Positions 28,403 through 39,966 are shown, counted from the stretch's first letter. The stretch is 64,000 nt of DNA from Calditrichia bacterium (GCA_963777955.1 CAVZSQ010000019.1:256001-320000), one strand, 5' to 3'. A program made the numbers and translations. The notes: generated by a model from the letters alone, not told the origin.

Positions 28403-30131
28403 TAATTCACCGCAGCAGCATTAATCGCTTTGCTCAGATCGTATATTCTCAATTCGGGTCCCTTTCGCCACAACCCCGGTTTGAATATCTGTATCGGTTT
28501 ATAATTGCTCTCAACCTGCCGATAAAAATCGCGGATCACCTTGATCCGGTCGATTATCATCGGCGGATATTTTTCGATCGGTGCACGTTGATAAATCTTA
28601 TATAAAGGTTTTATTGGTAATCAGAAAACCAACCCCTTCGCTCCGCAGGCGTTTCAAATCTTTGCGCTGGTTGCGCGACTCGTCAATAGCGTAACGATTC
28701 GTGCCGGCATAGGTTACACTCGAATCCTGGTACCAGATCGAATTCAGGGAAATATTCCGTTTATCCGTACGATATTTTTCCAGTTCAGTTTTAACCGCTG
28801 CCGGCAAATATACTGATCCCGCTCCGTATTCCACATATCGATCGATGTCAAATATTGCTAAATCATATTGATAGTTGTCATAACAGTATTTCTGATTCGG
28901 TTGATGATTGCTGATAAGCCAATCGCTTGCTTCCTGACGGGTATCCCGGTTCAGATATAGGATATCATGATAGACACTGAGTACCAATGATGGGACAAAT
29001 ATCAGAGCCAGTAAAAGTATTCTTTGCCACCCCTTTTTAAAGAAATGCAGGTACACATATTCCAGCCAGGCCGTGCCGAAAATTATCCAGATCGGGAATA
29101 CCGCGAACAGATAATCCAGACCTTTTTTTTGCCAGGAACCGACATACAAAAAGGTCAGACAGCACTATCAACAGTTGCGGTAAATAATATTTGTTCTGTT
29201 TCCATAATACAAAAACTGTACCAGCAATAAAGGTGAAACCTATCCCCCATTCTTTACCAAGCAGATGAATGATTTCCCAGACATAATTAATCCCCTGTTC
29301 GCTCGAAACTGCGATACCCATTTGATCCGATATGTAGAAAAATCCTGCCAGGTACTTGCCGGGAATCACCAGCCAGAGCGGATTGGTTAGAAAAAAACTG
29401 ACCGCGATGCCGGCAATAGAAACTAGAGTAGTTTTAAAATAGTTAAATTTGTATTTGCGGTATAAACCATAATCAGCAATCAGGATCCCGATGACCAGAA
29501 CCCCGGCGTTATACTTGGCTGCAATCGCCAGACCACAGCACAGACCCTGAATGAATAAATATGACCAGCGCGGCGCATTATCGATGATCACAAAAAACAA
29601 AACCGTCAGGGTTGCAAAAAAGAGCAGGAGGGTATCAGGCGTTGCATTCCCGCTGAATTCGATATAACATTGACTCAGGCAGACCAGCGTTGCTGCTACC
29701 CCGGCAAAAAATTTTCCCCGGTATTTTTCTAAAATCCTGTAAGTCAGGTAAACCGTCAGCACCGCTACTAAAAGATTCACCAGACGTCCGAGCAAAATGA
29801 AATTAGTAGGGTCGATCAAAAATGCAACTGCAAAGGCTGTCTGGTTTGAAAAATAACCGATTAAGTTTCCCAGCAGATAATAGCAGCCGTAGAGGGTCAA
29901 TAAAATATAGGAATAGAATGTCGGGTAGACATAAATCAGGGGATCAAGTGACTGCCGGGCGCCCATATTTAACGATATTTTAGCCAGGTACATTTCAGTG
30001 GAATTTTCAACGATCGGAAGACAATCCCAGGCTGCCGGCAGCCGCAGGACCACAGCTATGATCAAAAGACCATAAATAAATTGATTAGCCCTGAAACTGC
30101 GCATAGATTTGAATAAGTTTTTTCTGCTCAT
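28402..30131 (-). CDS. Membrane GT-C glycosyltransferase (ArnT/PMT-like; two apparent frameshifts, ~29155 and ~28600)
   Basis: YPTFY, GRLVN, TPDT, GLAIAAKYN, TNP, DTRQEASDW. A third-frame tail ends KGPELRIYDL..VN* at 28402. Confidence 0.75.
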
Positions 30132-31210
30132 TTTCCCAATTCAGTTCTTCCGCGGCCCGTAAGGCATTTGCTTTCCATACTTTTAAGCGGTCGTCATCCG
30201 TGATCATCCCGGTTATAACCTGACTGAGCGTCTTGATATCATCCGGATCGACGCACACTCCGCATTTGTATTTATCGATATAATAGGTAAAGGTCTCAAT
30301 GTTACTGCACAATACCGGTAAACCGGCCATCATATATTCAAAAAATTTATTAGGTAAAGCAGCGGCATAATTTAAACTACTCGCTTCGAATAGAACAACT
30401 CCCAGGTCACCCTGGGCAGAAGTCGAGACCAGTTCCGTGGTCGGGATAAAATCATGAAAGAAAATGCGTTCTTGCTGATGCTTGGCCAGCACTAAATTTC
30501 TTAAAACCGGCTCAAGTTCTCCATTACCTATCAGATGCAATTTGATCCTGTCGTTTGTCAAAGCTATAGCCTGAATCAGTTTTTCCAGGCCCCGGCCCGG
30601 TTTAAAAAAACCCTGGTATATAATAATTTTATCATCGTTCTTCCTGATACGGAGCCGCACCAGTTTGGGATCGGCACGTTCGTATCCTGGTAAATTGCGG
30701 ATGATGCGGACCTGTTTTAAAGCGGGATAACGGTCGCGGAATCGTTCCCCTAGTTTTTCAGAAACCGTTAAAAGAATCTGTACACGTCGCAGTAGCTATT
30801 CGTTCGGTCAATAACCACAAAAACCGGCTGACTCTCTTTTTCCTGAATATTTCCAGTCCGGCATAGTATTCGTGGGCATCATAGATTAAGGCCGCGCGTC
30901 GTAACCAGGAAGCACAGGCCGCGGCCGGCAGGACCCACAGATCATGACAATGGATCAAATCATATTTTCTGCACAGCAGCAGAAAAAATAACTGCAGATT
31001 AATGCTGATAAACTTTATAGGCCCGCCGCGATAAAAGACCGTGAAGACACGCCGCAAACAGAATTTTTCTCTGCGTTCAATCTTAATTTCTCCCGGCCGG
31101 CCCAGAGCATAAACCTGAACCTTATGACCCAGATGCACCGCTGTATCAATCTGGTTAAAAATACGGCGTTCATAATCGATCGGGCTGATGGTTAAATGAC
31201 AGAGGTACAT
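30085..31210 (-). CDS. GT4 family glycosyltransferase (apparent frameshift near 30790)
   Basis: IHCHDL, IYDAHEYY, YQG..PGRGLE, ALPNKFFEYMMAGLPV. Removing one base fuses the two ORFs. Confidence 0.85.
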
Positions 31211-31265
31211 ACAAATTACCAGAAATTATTCAACATTCTTTAAAGTGAAAATCTGCCTAGCTATT

Positions 31266-32936
31266 TTAAGAGCGGTTAAGCACCAGTTCCATTTTTGTTT
31301 TCTCTGTATTGATAGTATAACTTCGTTCAGCAACCTGCTCTATCTGGATTTCTGCGGGGCTTTTTAACCTGCCTGATCCGATAATCTCGATCGAAAACGT
31401 ACGCAAGCCGACCGGCTTTTTAATTATCCAGACTTCCCTGGTCCTGGTCTGCAGCTCCGGAAATATTTCAATATGTTCCTTGAACTTAGACCATTTATAA
31501 TGTCCTGACAGAGTGTCTACATAAACTCTCCGTTGATCCAGTTCGGCGATCAGCTGATTCCATAATTCCCGGTAGGTGGGTTGCAGGAAATTACTGGGGT
31601 GCAACAGGACCACCAGTAATCCATGAAAACGTGATACCTGCCCGATGATGAGTTGCATCATGTGCCGTGCTGCTGATAGATCGCCCGAAGCGGATACCAG
31701 ATTATGATCAAAAAAGGCCAGAGAAAACTCCAACAGAGCCAGGCTGCTGTCCTGTTCCCAGTCAAAAGTGAAAAAAGGATGCCCGGTTCCGGCTCTGAAT
31801 CCCGCTTGATAATTATAAGCCAGACTCGAGTCATAGGCAAAATGTGCTGCCTCGGCTGCCTGCCATAATCCGGGATAAAGCGCCCGCAGATAATGTTGAC
31901 GCAGACCGGCACATTTGCTGCCGGTGATGGCTTCTAATTTACGCTTCTCAGCCAGATATTTCTTACGCTGCTTGAAAGCATTTAAACTGGAATGTAAACC
32001 GATTTCATGATTGTGATGCTTCAGGTCATTAAAGAGATCCTGGAACCGCGGCGATTCAATATTATAACGGTAATGGATTCCTTCAAACATTTTCGTGAGA
32101 AAAAAAAATGTCGCTTTCCATTTCCTCCTGCCGTAAAAATCCAGTAACTGTGGAAAACTCCAAACCTGGGCATCCTGCCGGTCCATTTCTGCTCTATTTT
32201 TCTTTAACGTCTCCCGGTCTCCAAATATTTTTCTGATCAGGCCCGTACCCGTTTTCCAGGCACGTTTTTTGTAACTGACACTGCGGGTTAGATCGACATC
32301 GTGAGTCAGGGCAACACCGTGCGACTCTCCTCCGGGCCAATTCATTACCCGTATGGCTGTCCTCTCATTTTCATTTATCTTCAGGCGGATCAACTGATCA
32401 AAATACTCCAGCAGAACATCGACGACCGGAACATGCAATTGATTGTCCCGGGACAAAATAGAAGCGGAATAGTCAGCAGCGGTTTCCCTGGCTGAATGGC
32501 GATCGTGCTCCTCAAAACGGCTGAGATGATAAAAGACATTTATGAATAAATCAAAACCGGTCAGCCAGATGGAAGCATCACTTTTACTATAATATCCGTA
32601 CCGCTCATTTTCCTGCCAGCCACCCCCGGGCTGAACGTGCAGCCATTTACCCAGCACAGGAATAGAATATTCCCCGTAAGCAAAATTACGGATATCTCCC
32701 TGAGCAGCCTGCAGATCATAAAACTGGCCGGAATTAAAAATATTTATGCCGGGAATATTTCCCGAAATCAACCGGGAATGATCCGCGGTATAGGAGATCA
32801 GTACGCCAGATTCCTGGACCTGATCAAGGGTAGTTATAATTTTCCAGGGATAGCCCAATATGTTGCCTGCCAGCTGAACGATATATTCAAACCGGGTTTT
32901 CTTTCCATGCTCCGGAATCAGAAAGTGTAATTTCAT
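31266..32936 (-). CDS. Polysaccharide deacetylase family protein
   Basis: LTHDVD, ATFFF, HEIGLH, RQHYLR, YDSSL, GFRAGT, LLHP. Confidence 0.8.
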   Translation of the reverse strand: MKLHFLIPEHGKKTRFEYIVQLAGNILGYPWKIITTLDQVQESGVLISYTADHSRLISGNIPGINIFNSGQFYDLQAAQGDIRNFAYGEYSIPVLGKWLHVQPGGGWQENERYGYYSKSDASIWLTGFDLFINVFYHLSRFEEHDRHSARETAADYSASILSRDNQLHVPVVDVLLEYFDQLIRLKINENERTAIRVMNWPGGESHGVALTHDVDLTRSVSYKKRAWKTGTGLIRKIFGDRETLKKNRAEMDRQDAQVWSFPQLLDFYGRRKWKATFFFLTKMFEGIHYRYNIESPRFQDLFNDLKHHNHEIGLHSSLNAFKQRKKYLAEKRKLEAITGSKCAGLRQHYLRALYPGLWQAAEAAHFAYDSSLAYNYQAGFRAGTGHPFFTFDWEQDSSLALLEFSLAFFDHNLVSASGDLSAARHMMQLIIGQVSRFHGLLVVLLHPSNFLQPTYRELWNQLIAELDQRRVYVDTLSGHYKWSKFKEHIEIFPELQTRTREVWIIKKPVGLRTFSIEIIGSGRLKSPAEIQIEQVAERSYTINTEKTKMELVLNRS

Positions 32937-33946
32937 AACTTGCGCTTTCTTGACAGAAACGCTTTGCGAATTTTGAAAATTGAAGAGAAGGGAAAGCGCA
33001 GCGGCCTGGTGATTCGAAAACCATGTACCAGTTGCCCGCCGAAACTTCTCTTGAACTGTTCAATTTGTGGATGATCAGCACCTAAAAAATTAACCTTGAA
33101 ATCTTGGGCACAATACGATTCAAAAATATGCGCCAATAGATAGGCCGAGGCCAATCCTGATTCATCCGTACCCCCTGTCAACAGATCATAGATCATATTC
33201 CGGTCGACAACAATGATCCGGCCGTTGACAGTTTGATTCTGCAATTGCAGATAATACATTTTGACCTGCGGCAGCGCCAATAAATCGGGTAATAAATTGT
33301 GCAGAGTGCCCGCAGGTATCAGAGTCGTCAGACCGTGTCGTTGATAACTTGCCAGATATAATTTGATGAACTCAGCAGGATCGGTAGCGGCCATAACCTG
33401 AAAAGGCATTTCCCGGGCCTGGCGGATCTTCTTACGCAAACTACTGCTGAACCTTTCGGCCATTTTGTCGCGATCGTCCAAATCCAGTAAATAAGTATAC
33501 GCAGGTTCTATCGTGCAGTTGGCCCATTGGAAGGCGCGCAGGTCGGTCAGCAGATAAGAACTTTCCAGGATCCACAGGGGATATACCCGATTTAAATAGG
33601 TTATCAGCGTAGAATTTAATTTGGCATAATCAGCGATGGTCTTTTGTGGTTTTTCATTTTGCGGATTATAAAAAATTGGGCCGGAATAAGGATACAAGGC
33701 CAGCGGAGTGATTAAAGATTTTCCAAAACGATTGTGTTCAAAAACCAGACAACCCGCTGCCGCTTGATTATGCCAGTATATCAACAATATCCGGTACGGA
33801 CGCTGAAAATGTCTGGAAAGAATATCAGCCCAGCGGGTGGTATGAAAAAAGGTCCCTTGCGGCGATTGAGCGACAAATTCATCCCAGTGTGCATAATCCT
33901 GCTCAGGCAGAACAGATACTGTCAGCGATCGCAGATCTTCATCCAT
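32933..33946 (-). CDS. GNAT/FemAB-like acyltransferase
   Basis: WDEFV..SPQGTFFH..W, YTYLLDL, RKKIRQA, FLGA..IEQFKRSFGG. Confidence 0.8.
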   Translation of the reverse strand: MDEDLRSLTVSVLPEQDYAHWDEFVAQSPQGTFFHTTRWADILSRHFQRPYRILLIYWHNQAAAGCLVFEHNRFGKSLITPLALYPYSGPIFYNPQNEKPQKTIADYAKLNSTLITYLNRVYPLWILESSYLLTDLRAFQWANCTIEPAYTYLLDLDDRDKMAERFSSSLRKKIRQAREMPFQVMAATDPAEFIKLYLASYQRHGLTTLIPAGTLHNLLPDLLALPQVKMYYLQLQNQTVNGRIIVVDRNMIYDLLTGGTDESGLASAYLLAHIFESYCAQDFKVNFLGADHPQIEQFKRSFGGQLVHGFRITRPLRFPFSSIFKIRKAFLSRKRKL

Positions 33947-33952
33947 ACTGGC

Positions 33953-34870
33953 TCAGGACCGGTTTAGCAGGGTTACAATAATCGCCTTTTGTACATGTAA
34001 ACGATTTTCAGCCTCATCCCAGACCACCGAGTTTGGGCCATCCAGGACGTCATCGGTGATTTCATCACCACGATGGGCCGGCAAACAATGCATGACCAGT
34101 GCCGTCGGTTTAGCATGCTGCATTAAGGCGCGATTGATCTGGTAGGGTTTGAATATTTTCTGCCTGGCCTTCGCTTCACTTTCCTGGCCCATCGAAGCCC
34201 ATACATCGGTATAGACCACATCGGCATTCTTTACCGCAGCCTGCGGTTCCCGGAGAACCTCGATCGAACTGACGCCCTGTTTACGCGCATATTGCAAAGT
34301 CTTCTGATCCGGTTCATAATCCGCGGGAGAACAGATGACCAGCTGCATAGGAATTTTAGCTGCCAGATTGATCCAGGAATTGGCTACATTATTTCCGTCG
34401 CCTACGTAAGTAATCTTCAGGTCATGCAGATGCTGGCGGTGCTCCAGTACCGTATAAATGTCGGCCATGATCTGGCAGGGATGATTATAATCGGTCAAGC
34501 CGTTGATTACCGGTACCGCTGAGTATTCGGCAAGTTCCAGGATGTGTTGATGATCAAACAACCGGGCCATGATAATATCATTGTAACGGGAAATAACCCG
34601 GGCAATATCTTTCACCGCTTCCCGTTTACCAATACCGATATCATTAGGTGAAAGGTACAAAGCGTATCCTCCTAATTGATACATGCCGGTTTCGAAGGAG
34701 ATGCGCGTTCGGGCCGAAGGTTTGGCAAAGATCATCGCCATACTTTTACCTTTGCACAACTGCTGATCTGCACCGCTTTTGGTTTTTTCCTTTAACTCCC
34801 GGGTAAGATTGAAGATTTCTTCAATTTCTGTTTTACTGTAATCGGCAATAGATATAAAATCACGCTTCAC
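33953..34870 (-). CDS. argF: Ornithine carbamoyltransferase
   Basis: KPSARTR, HPCQ, GDGNNVA, TDVWASMG, HCLPAHRG, AENRLH. Confidence 0.93.
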   Translation of the reverse strand: MKRDFISIADYSKTEIEEIFNLTRELKEKTKSGADQQLCKGKSMAMIFAKPSARTRISFETGMYQLGGYALYLSPNDIGIGKREAVKDIARVISRYNDIIMARLFDHQHILELAEYSAVPVINGLTDYNHPCQIMADIYTVLEHRQHLHDLKITYVGDGNNVANSWINLAAKIPMQLVICSPADYEPDQKTLQYARKQGVSSIEVLREPQAAVKNADVVYTDVWASMGQESEAKARQKIFKPYQINRALMQHAKPTALVMHCLPAHRGDEITDDVLDGPNSVVWDEAENRLHVQKAIIVTLLNRS

Positions 34871-34935
34871 TTGTCACTCCTCAGATTATTGACTGACTGA
34901 AACTAAACCAGGTATTGATAATATAAAGTTATTGA

Positions 34936-36294
34936 TCAGAGAATGTATTTGCTTAAGTCTTCATCAGCGACAATATACTCCAGCTTATGCTTGACCATTT
35001 CCGCATCCACATTAATTGTTGCTTGCCCTGACTCCGGCAATTTAAACAGGATTTCTTCCAGTAAATTCGTCATAATCGTATGCAAGCGGCGGGCACCGAT
35101 ATTTTCGGTCTTGGAATTGACCAGGGTGGCGATACGGGCAATTTCGCGGATGGCCTCCTGGTTGAATGTTAATTTTACATTTTCAGTTTCCAGCAGTGCG
35201 GTGTACTGTTTGATCAGGGCATTTTCCGGTTCGGTCAGAATACGCACAAAATCATTTTCACTCAGGCTCTTTAATTCTACCCGGATAGGAAAACGTCCCT
35301 GCAGTTCCGGGATCAGGTCGGAAGGTTTGGCCACATGAAAAGCGCCCGAGGCGATAAAGAGAATATGATCGGTCTTGACCACCCCATATTTTGTGACCAC
35401 CGATGTTCCTTCCACCACCGGCAGCAGATCCCGCTGCACACCTTCACGGGAAACATCAGGTCCATACTTACCGCCGCTGCTGCTGGTAATTTTATCGATT
35501 TCATCCAGAAACACAATACCGGAATTCTCCACCCGGTCTTTTGCTTCCCGGATAACCTCCTCCATATCGATCAATTTCTGCGCTTCCTGCTGGGTCAGGA
35601 TTTTCAATGCTTCAGGAATTGTGGTTTTACGTTTTTTTAGTTTCTTGGGCATCATACCGCCGAAAATTTCCTGCAGATTCAGACCCATTTCTTCGATACC
35701 ACCCGGCGAAAATATCTGCATCATGGGCAGGGAATCGGATTGGATATCGATTTCGACCTGACGATCGTCCATCTTCCCTTCCAGCAGTTGTGAACGTAAT
35801 TTTTCCCTGGTTCGCTGGTATCGTAATTCCGGTTCATCCCCTTCCTCCATCTCGCCGACGGCTTTCTGTTTTTTGGACAGGGGCGGTAACAGGATATCTA
35901 AAAGTTTTTCAACAGCTATTTCATGTGCCTTATTTTCCACACTGCTGGTTTTTTGCTCACGTACCATCTGGATGCTGATATCCATCAGATCACGGATGAT
36001 CGATTCCACGTCACGACCGACATACCCCACTTCAGTGAATTTGGAAGCCTCAACTTTTATAAAGGCTGCATCGGCTAAATGAGCTAAGCGGCGGGATATC
36101 TCCGTTTTACCCACTCCGGTGGGACCGATCAGGATGATATTATTCGGCATTATTTCTTCACGGATTTTACCCTGTACCTGCTGCCGGCGCCAGCGGTTAC
36201 GCATGGCAATGGCTACCGATTTTTTAGCTTCATCCTGGCCAATAATATATTTATCCAGTTCTTTTACAATTTGAATAGGTGTCAGTTCTTTCAT
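34936..36294 (-). CDS. hslU: ATP-dependent protease ATPase subunit HslU
   Basis: [48 protein letters not shown]. Confidence 0.97.
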   Translation of the reverse strand: MKELTPIQIVKELDKYIIGQDEAKKSVAIAMRNRWRRQQVQGKIREEIMPNNIILIGPTGVGKTEISRRLAHLADAAFIKVEASKFTEVGYVGRDVESIIRDLMDISIQMVREQKTSSVENKAHEIAVEKLLDILLPPLSKKQKAVGEMEEGDEPELRYQRTREKLRSQLLEGKMDDRQVEIDIQSDSLPMMQIFSPGGIEEMGLNLQEIFGGMMPKKLKKRKTTIPEALKILTQQEAQKLIDMEEVIREAKDRVENSGIVFLDEIDKITSSSGGKYGPDVSREGVQRDLLPVVEGTSVVTKYGVVKTDHILFIASGAFHVAKPSDLIPELQGRFPIRVELKSLSENDFVRILTEPENALIKQYTALLETENVKLTFNQEAIREIARIATLVNSKTENIGARRLHTIMTNLLEEILFKLPESGQATINVDAEMVKHKLEYIVADEDLSKYIL

Positions 36295-36309
36295 CCGGAC
36301 AATAATCCC

Positions 36310-36855
36310 CTACAATGTTTCAACAATAATATTTTGATTGGTATAAATACAAATTTCCGCCGCAATCTGTAAAGATTCACGGGCTATCTCTGCTGCGCCC
36401 AGGTTGGAATATTTTATCAAACTGCGGGCCGCCGCCAGTGCATAATTCCCACCTGAACCGATCGCAATAATACCATCGTCCGGTTCAATCACATCCCCTG
36501 TACCGGAAACCAGGTAGGTATTCTGTTTATCCATAATTGCCAGCATCGCTTCCAGTCGCCGCAGGTACTTATCGGTACGCCAGTCTTTGGCCAGTTCCAC
36601 CACTACCTTTGGCAAATTCCCGGAAAAACGTTCCAGCTTTTCCTCGAAGCGTTCGAAAAGAGTGAAGGCATCGGCTGCAGCACCCGCAAATCCGGCCAGG
36701 ATGGAATTATTATGGATTTTGCGGATCTTTTTTGATTTTTGTTTGACAATAGCCTGGCCCAGGGTAACCTGCCCATCACCGCCCATCGCTACCTGCCCTT
36801 TATGGCGGACACCGATAATCGTCGTGCTGTAAAATTTAAATTCATTTTCAATCAT
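36310..36855 (-). CDS. hslV: ATP-dependent protease subunit HslV
   Basis: Catalytic N-terminal TT(II), [30 protein letters not shown]. Confidence 0.97.
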   Translation of the reverse strand: MIENEFKFYSTTIIGVRHKGQVAMGGDGQVTLGQAIVKQKSKKIRKIHNNSILAGFAGAAADAFTLFERFEEKLERFSGNLPKVVVELAKDWRTDKYLRRLEAMLAIMDKQNTYLVSGTGDVIEPDDGIIAIGSGGNYALAAARSLIKYSNLGAAEIARESLQIAAEICIYTNQNIIVETL

Positions 36856-36864
36856 ATTATCTTC

Positions 36865-38340
36865 TCATAGTTTCTTTCTAAGTCTGGCCACGGGAATATT
36901 CAGTTGCTCGCGGTATTTTGCCACTGTACGCCGGGCTACCGGAAAACCTTCACTCAGCAGGATTGCCGAAATTTTTTCATCGCTCAACGGCTTTTTGGGA
37001 CTCTCTTTTTCAATCATTTCCAGAATACGATTTTTAATCCGCCTCGTGGAAATTTCCTCCCCGCTGTCGGTTTCAATTTTTTCGTTGAAAAAATATTTCA
37101 ACTCAAAAACACCGTAATCGGTCTGAACATATTTGCCATTGACCACCCGGCTGATAGTCGATATATCCATATTGATCATTTCGGCAATTTCACGCATGAT
37201 CAGCGGCTTGATATGTTCCGGACCTCTGGCAAAAAAATCGTATTGCCGCTGCAGAATCGAACGCATCACATTAAGCATAGTGATTTTACGCTGATAAATG
37301 GAAGTAATAAACCAGCGGGCTGACTCAATTTTTTTGCGGATATATTGCTTGGTCTCTTTATCGATTTTATTGCGGCTGCGCAGCAGATCCTTATAGGTTT
37401 TATTAATACGCAGGGGGGGTATATTCCAATCGTGGAGAGTAACCACAAACTCATTATCCACCTTTTCTACCAGGAAATCCGGGACAATGTAATTATGCTT
37501 GCTGTTGTAGATCCCCTCGCCAGGTTTGGGATTGAGCCGGCCGATATATTCGCTGGCTCCGCGCAGCGCCGCTTCGTCGATATTCAAATCAGCGACAATT
37601 TTATCATAGCGTTTGTTTTTAAAATCATCGAAATGCCGGTCGATAATGGTCAGTGCCAGTTCCGGCCGGTCTTCAGCGGCCTGCACCTGCACCAGCAGGC
37701 ACTCCCGCAGATTCCGGGCAGCGATACCGACCGGATCAAAAAATTGAATTTTCTTCAGGACCGTCTCGACCATTTTTTCGGTGCAGTCAAAAATATTAGC
37801 CACATTTTCCACGGTCACCACTTCATCCAGATAACCGTCATCCCGCAGATTGAGGATCAGATATTCGCCTATTTTTTGCTCGAGAGGATCCAGTGATATA
37901 AAATTCAATTGCTCCAGCAGGTGATCGGTCATGGTTTCGGTCACAATTTCCGGACGTTCATAATCTTCTTCATTCTTGTCCCGCGGCAACCGGATTTCAT
38001 AAGAATCCTCGTCATTGATTATATTATCCCAATCGGCATCCTCCTGTGCAGCCGCAAGTTCCTTTACGTCCAGATCGGTCTTATCTTTCTGCGAGTCGGT
38101 TAATTCTATTTCCTTACGTACTTCATTCTCTTCTTCGCTGACAGGATCGCTTGACTCGCCTGCCTCAGCAGGCTGCTCCGCTTCCTCTTCCAGCCCTTCT
38201 TCCAGTACCGGATTCATCTCCAGTTCATTCTGGATTTTTTGTTCCAAATTGAGGATAGGCAATTGCAGCAGGGTCGACAACAGTATTTGTTGCGGCGAAA
38301 GGCGCTGCTCCAGGCGCATTGTTTGAGATAATTGTACCAT
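36865..38340 (-). CDS. rpoN: RNA polymerase sigma-54 factor
   Basis: Q/L-rich region I, NPVLE, DPVGIAAR, STISR, RpoN box ARRTVAKYRE. Confidence 0.97.
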   Translation of the reverse strand: MVQLSQTMRLEQRLSPQQILLSTLLQLPILNLEQKIQNELEMNPVLEEGLEEEAEQPAEAGESSDPVSEEENEVRKEIELTDSQKDKTDLDVKELAAAQEDADWDNIINDEDSYEIRLPRDKNEEDYERPEIVTETMTDHLLEQLNFISLDPLEQKIGEYLILNLRDDGYLDEVVTVENVANIFDCTEKMVETVLKKIQFFDPVGIAARNLRECLLVQVQAAEDRPELALTIIDRHFDDFKNKRYDKIVADLNIDEAALRGASEYIGRLNPKPGEGIYNSKHNYIVPDFLVEKVDNEFVVTLHDWNIPPLRINKTYKDLLRSRNKIDKETKQYIRKKIESARWFITSIYQRKITMLNVMRSILQRQYDFFARGPEHIKPLIMREIAEMINMDISTISRVVNGKYVQTDYGVFELKYFFNEKIETDSGEEISTRRIKNRILEMIEKESPKKPLSDEKISAILLSEGFPVARRTVAKYREQLNIPVARLRKKL

Positions 38341-38370
38341 TTTTTAAAAATCAGTTAAAGTTCAAATGTT

Positions 38371-38386
38371 TGGCACGATTTATGTA
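38371..38386 (+). promoter_or_regulatory. Sigma54-like site antisense to rpoN, 30 nt upstream of its start
   Basis: TGGCAC-GATTT-ATGTA: perfect -24 box, GT instead of GC at -12. Confidence 0.5.
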
Positions 38387-38514
38387 TCAAAATAAAGATT
38401 TAAAAAAATTTATTCAAGGGAAAAGATATCTCAAAATATATTTTTCCCGCATCAGTTTTTATGGTTATAACACTGTACCACCATTTAAGATTTTAAATTT
38501 AAGCTCTTTAATAA

Positions 38515-38530
38515 TACAAATATCATGCCA
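38515..38530 (-). promoter_or_regulatory. Second sigma54-like site upstream of rpoN
   Basis: Minus strand TGGCAT-GATAT-TTGTA, again GG-N10-GT. Confidence 0.45.
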
Positions 38531-38645
38531 GGCCAAGGACAGAAAGGGTTGGTAATTTAGAATCGGTAAAATATTTTTCATAAATAAGAATTCTAAATAT
38601 AACCTACAGACATTAAATTCTAATGAACGGTCAGAAGAGTCTGAT

Positions 38646-39388
38646 ATGTCTCAAAAACGAAATAAACAGATAATTATCCTGTTATTAATCCTGAAATTTT
38701 CTTTTCCGATTAATAGTGCCGCAGAGCAGCCCTCCATTCACACTACAATCACCAGCACGGTTGTTTTTCTCAGCGATACGCAGAGTCCTATATGGTTTGA
38801 ATCGTGGTTACTCAAACGTAATAAAAATGATCAGGCCCGGGAAATAATTTTTAATGATATTATTAGACAGAAACCTCAGGCAGTTTTTCATTTAGGGGAT
38901 TTAGTTGCCAGGGGATATTCATCCCGGCAATGGTCAGTTATTGACTCCTTTACCAGCAAATTACGAGTCCTGAATATGCCTTTTTATCCAATCCCGGGGA
39001 ACCATGAGTATTTCCTGTTAGCGGCAAAAGGTATCGCTAATTTTCAACAACGTTTTCCTTCTGCCTGTCTAACCGGCTATTCAATAAAAATTAATAGGTT
39101 GGCCGTAATTCGGATCAACTCCAATTTTTCCAGGATGTCCGAGAATGAAATATCTACCCAGCAATCTTGGTATCAACAAAAACTGAACGAATATTCGCAG
39201 GATACTACGGTCACTTCCATTATCGTGGGTTGCCATCACTCCCCGTATACCAACAGCCGGATTGTCTCAGCAAATGAGAAAGTACAGGGGATAATTCTGC
39301 CCGCTTTTTTTAAAAATGTTAACTGCAAATTTTAAATGCAGACTTCACACAGTTTGAACCTGAGTACGTCATCACCATCCCTGATTGA
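38646..39388 (+). pseudogene. Exported calcineurin-like metallophosphoesterase, truncated or internally deleted
   Basis: SDTQ, LGDLV, PGNHE and HHSPY are present, but the ORF stops at 39335 before the final GHxH motif. A short out-of-frame tail LNADFTQFEPEYVITIPD* ends at 39388. Confidence 0.65.
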
Positions 39389-39410
39389 GCTTCTTTAAGC
39401 CGGCCAGTAT

Positions 39411-39548
39411 TTATTTTTGCCTGGAGAAATGCCGGTAGAGCAACCAGGTTAGTATGAACGATATTAACAGAATTGTCCCCGGAATAATTATACCCAGGAC
39501 AGGATGCCCAATCCGTCCGGCTGTCTGCAGCGTGATAAATCCGATCAT
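39411..39548 (-). CDS. Small single-TM membrane protein (45 aa), not in the ORF track
   Basis: MIGFITLQTAGRIGHPVLGIIIPGTILLISFILTWLLYRHFSRQK*; ATG 1 nt after the upstream stop; TM followed by basic tail. Confidence 0.7.
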   Translation of the reverse strand: MIGFITLQTAGRIGHPVLGIIIPGTILLISFILTWLLYRHFSRQK

Positions 39549-39549
39549 T

Positions 39550-39672
39550 TTATTTTGCCTTTTCTTGCTGTTGATGCCTGCGGCGATAGGTAAGCCAGGC
39601 CAGTATTAAGCCCAGAAACGAAGCCAGGTATGCGATGGACATACCCAGCACCATGGTTAGACCTTTTGTCAC
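39550..39672 (-). CDS. Small single-TM membrane protein (40 aa), not in the ORF track
   Basis: GTG start in a GTGA overlap with the upstream stop, GGAGG RBS; MTKGLTMVLGMSIAYLASFLGLILAWLTYRRRHQQQEKAK*. Confidence 0.7.
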   Translation of the reverse strand: MTKGLTMVLGMSIAYLASFLGLILAWLTYRRRHQQQEKAK

Positions 39673-39965
39673 TTTGATTCCTCCCAGCGGACTTTTTTCT
39701 CCAATTCTTCCAGATAGCCCTTCTGTTGTTTCTCATAATCAGCCGAAATTTTTTTTAACTTTGGATCAATCACCCAGTGCATGAAAATCGTGAAGATTAC
39801 TCCCAGAATCAAAATCACATATCCGTACCACAACAACAAAAAACTCAATCCTGTACCCACCATCAGAAAGGCATAGGCCAGTACCGATGCTACAATAGTG
39901 ATCCAATCTTCCTTGGTCCACTGGTCAGCGTCATGAGCTGTCCAGTTTCTGCGTATTTTAAACAT
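39669..39965 (-). CDS. Small two-TM membrane protein (98 aa)
   Basis: MFKIRRNWTAHDADQWTKEDW...HWVIDPKLKKISADYEK...; AGGAG RBS; ATG 1 nt after the SSS stop. Confidence 0.8.
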   Translation of the reverse strand: MFKIRRNWTAHDADQWTKEDWITIVASVLAYAFLMVGTGLSFLLLWYGYVILILGVIFTIFMHWVIDPKLKKISADYEKQQKGYLEELEKKVRWEESK

Positions 39966-39966
39966 A

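Noticed and set aside
39545..39736. 63-aa minus-strand ORF from the track
   Set aside because: It overlaps the better-supported 98-aa and 40-aa membrane ORFs in another frame and lacks a coherent composition.
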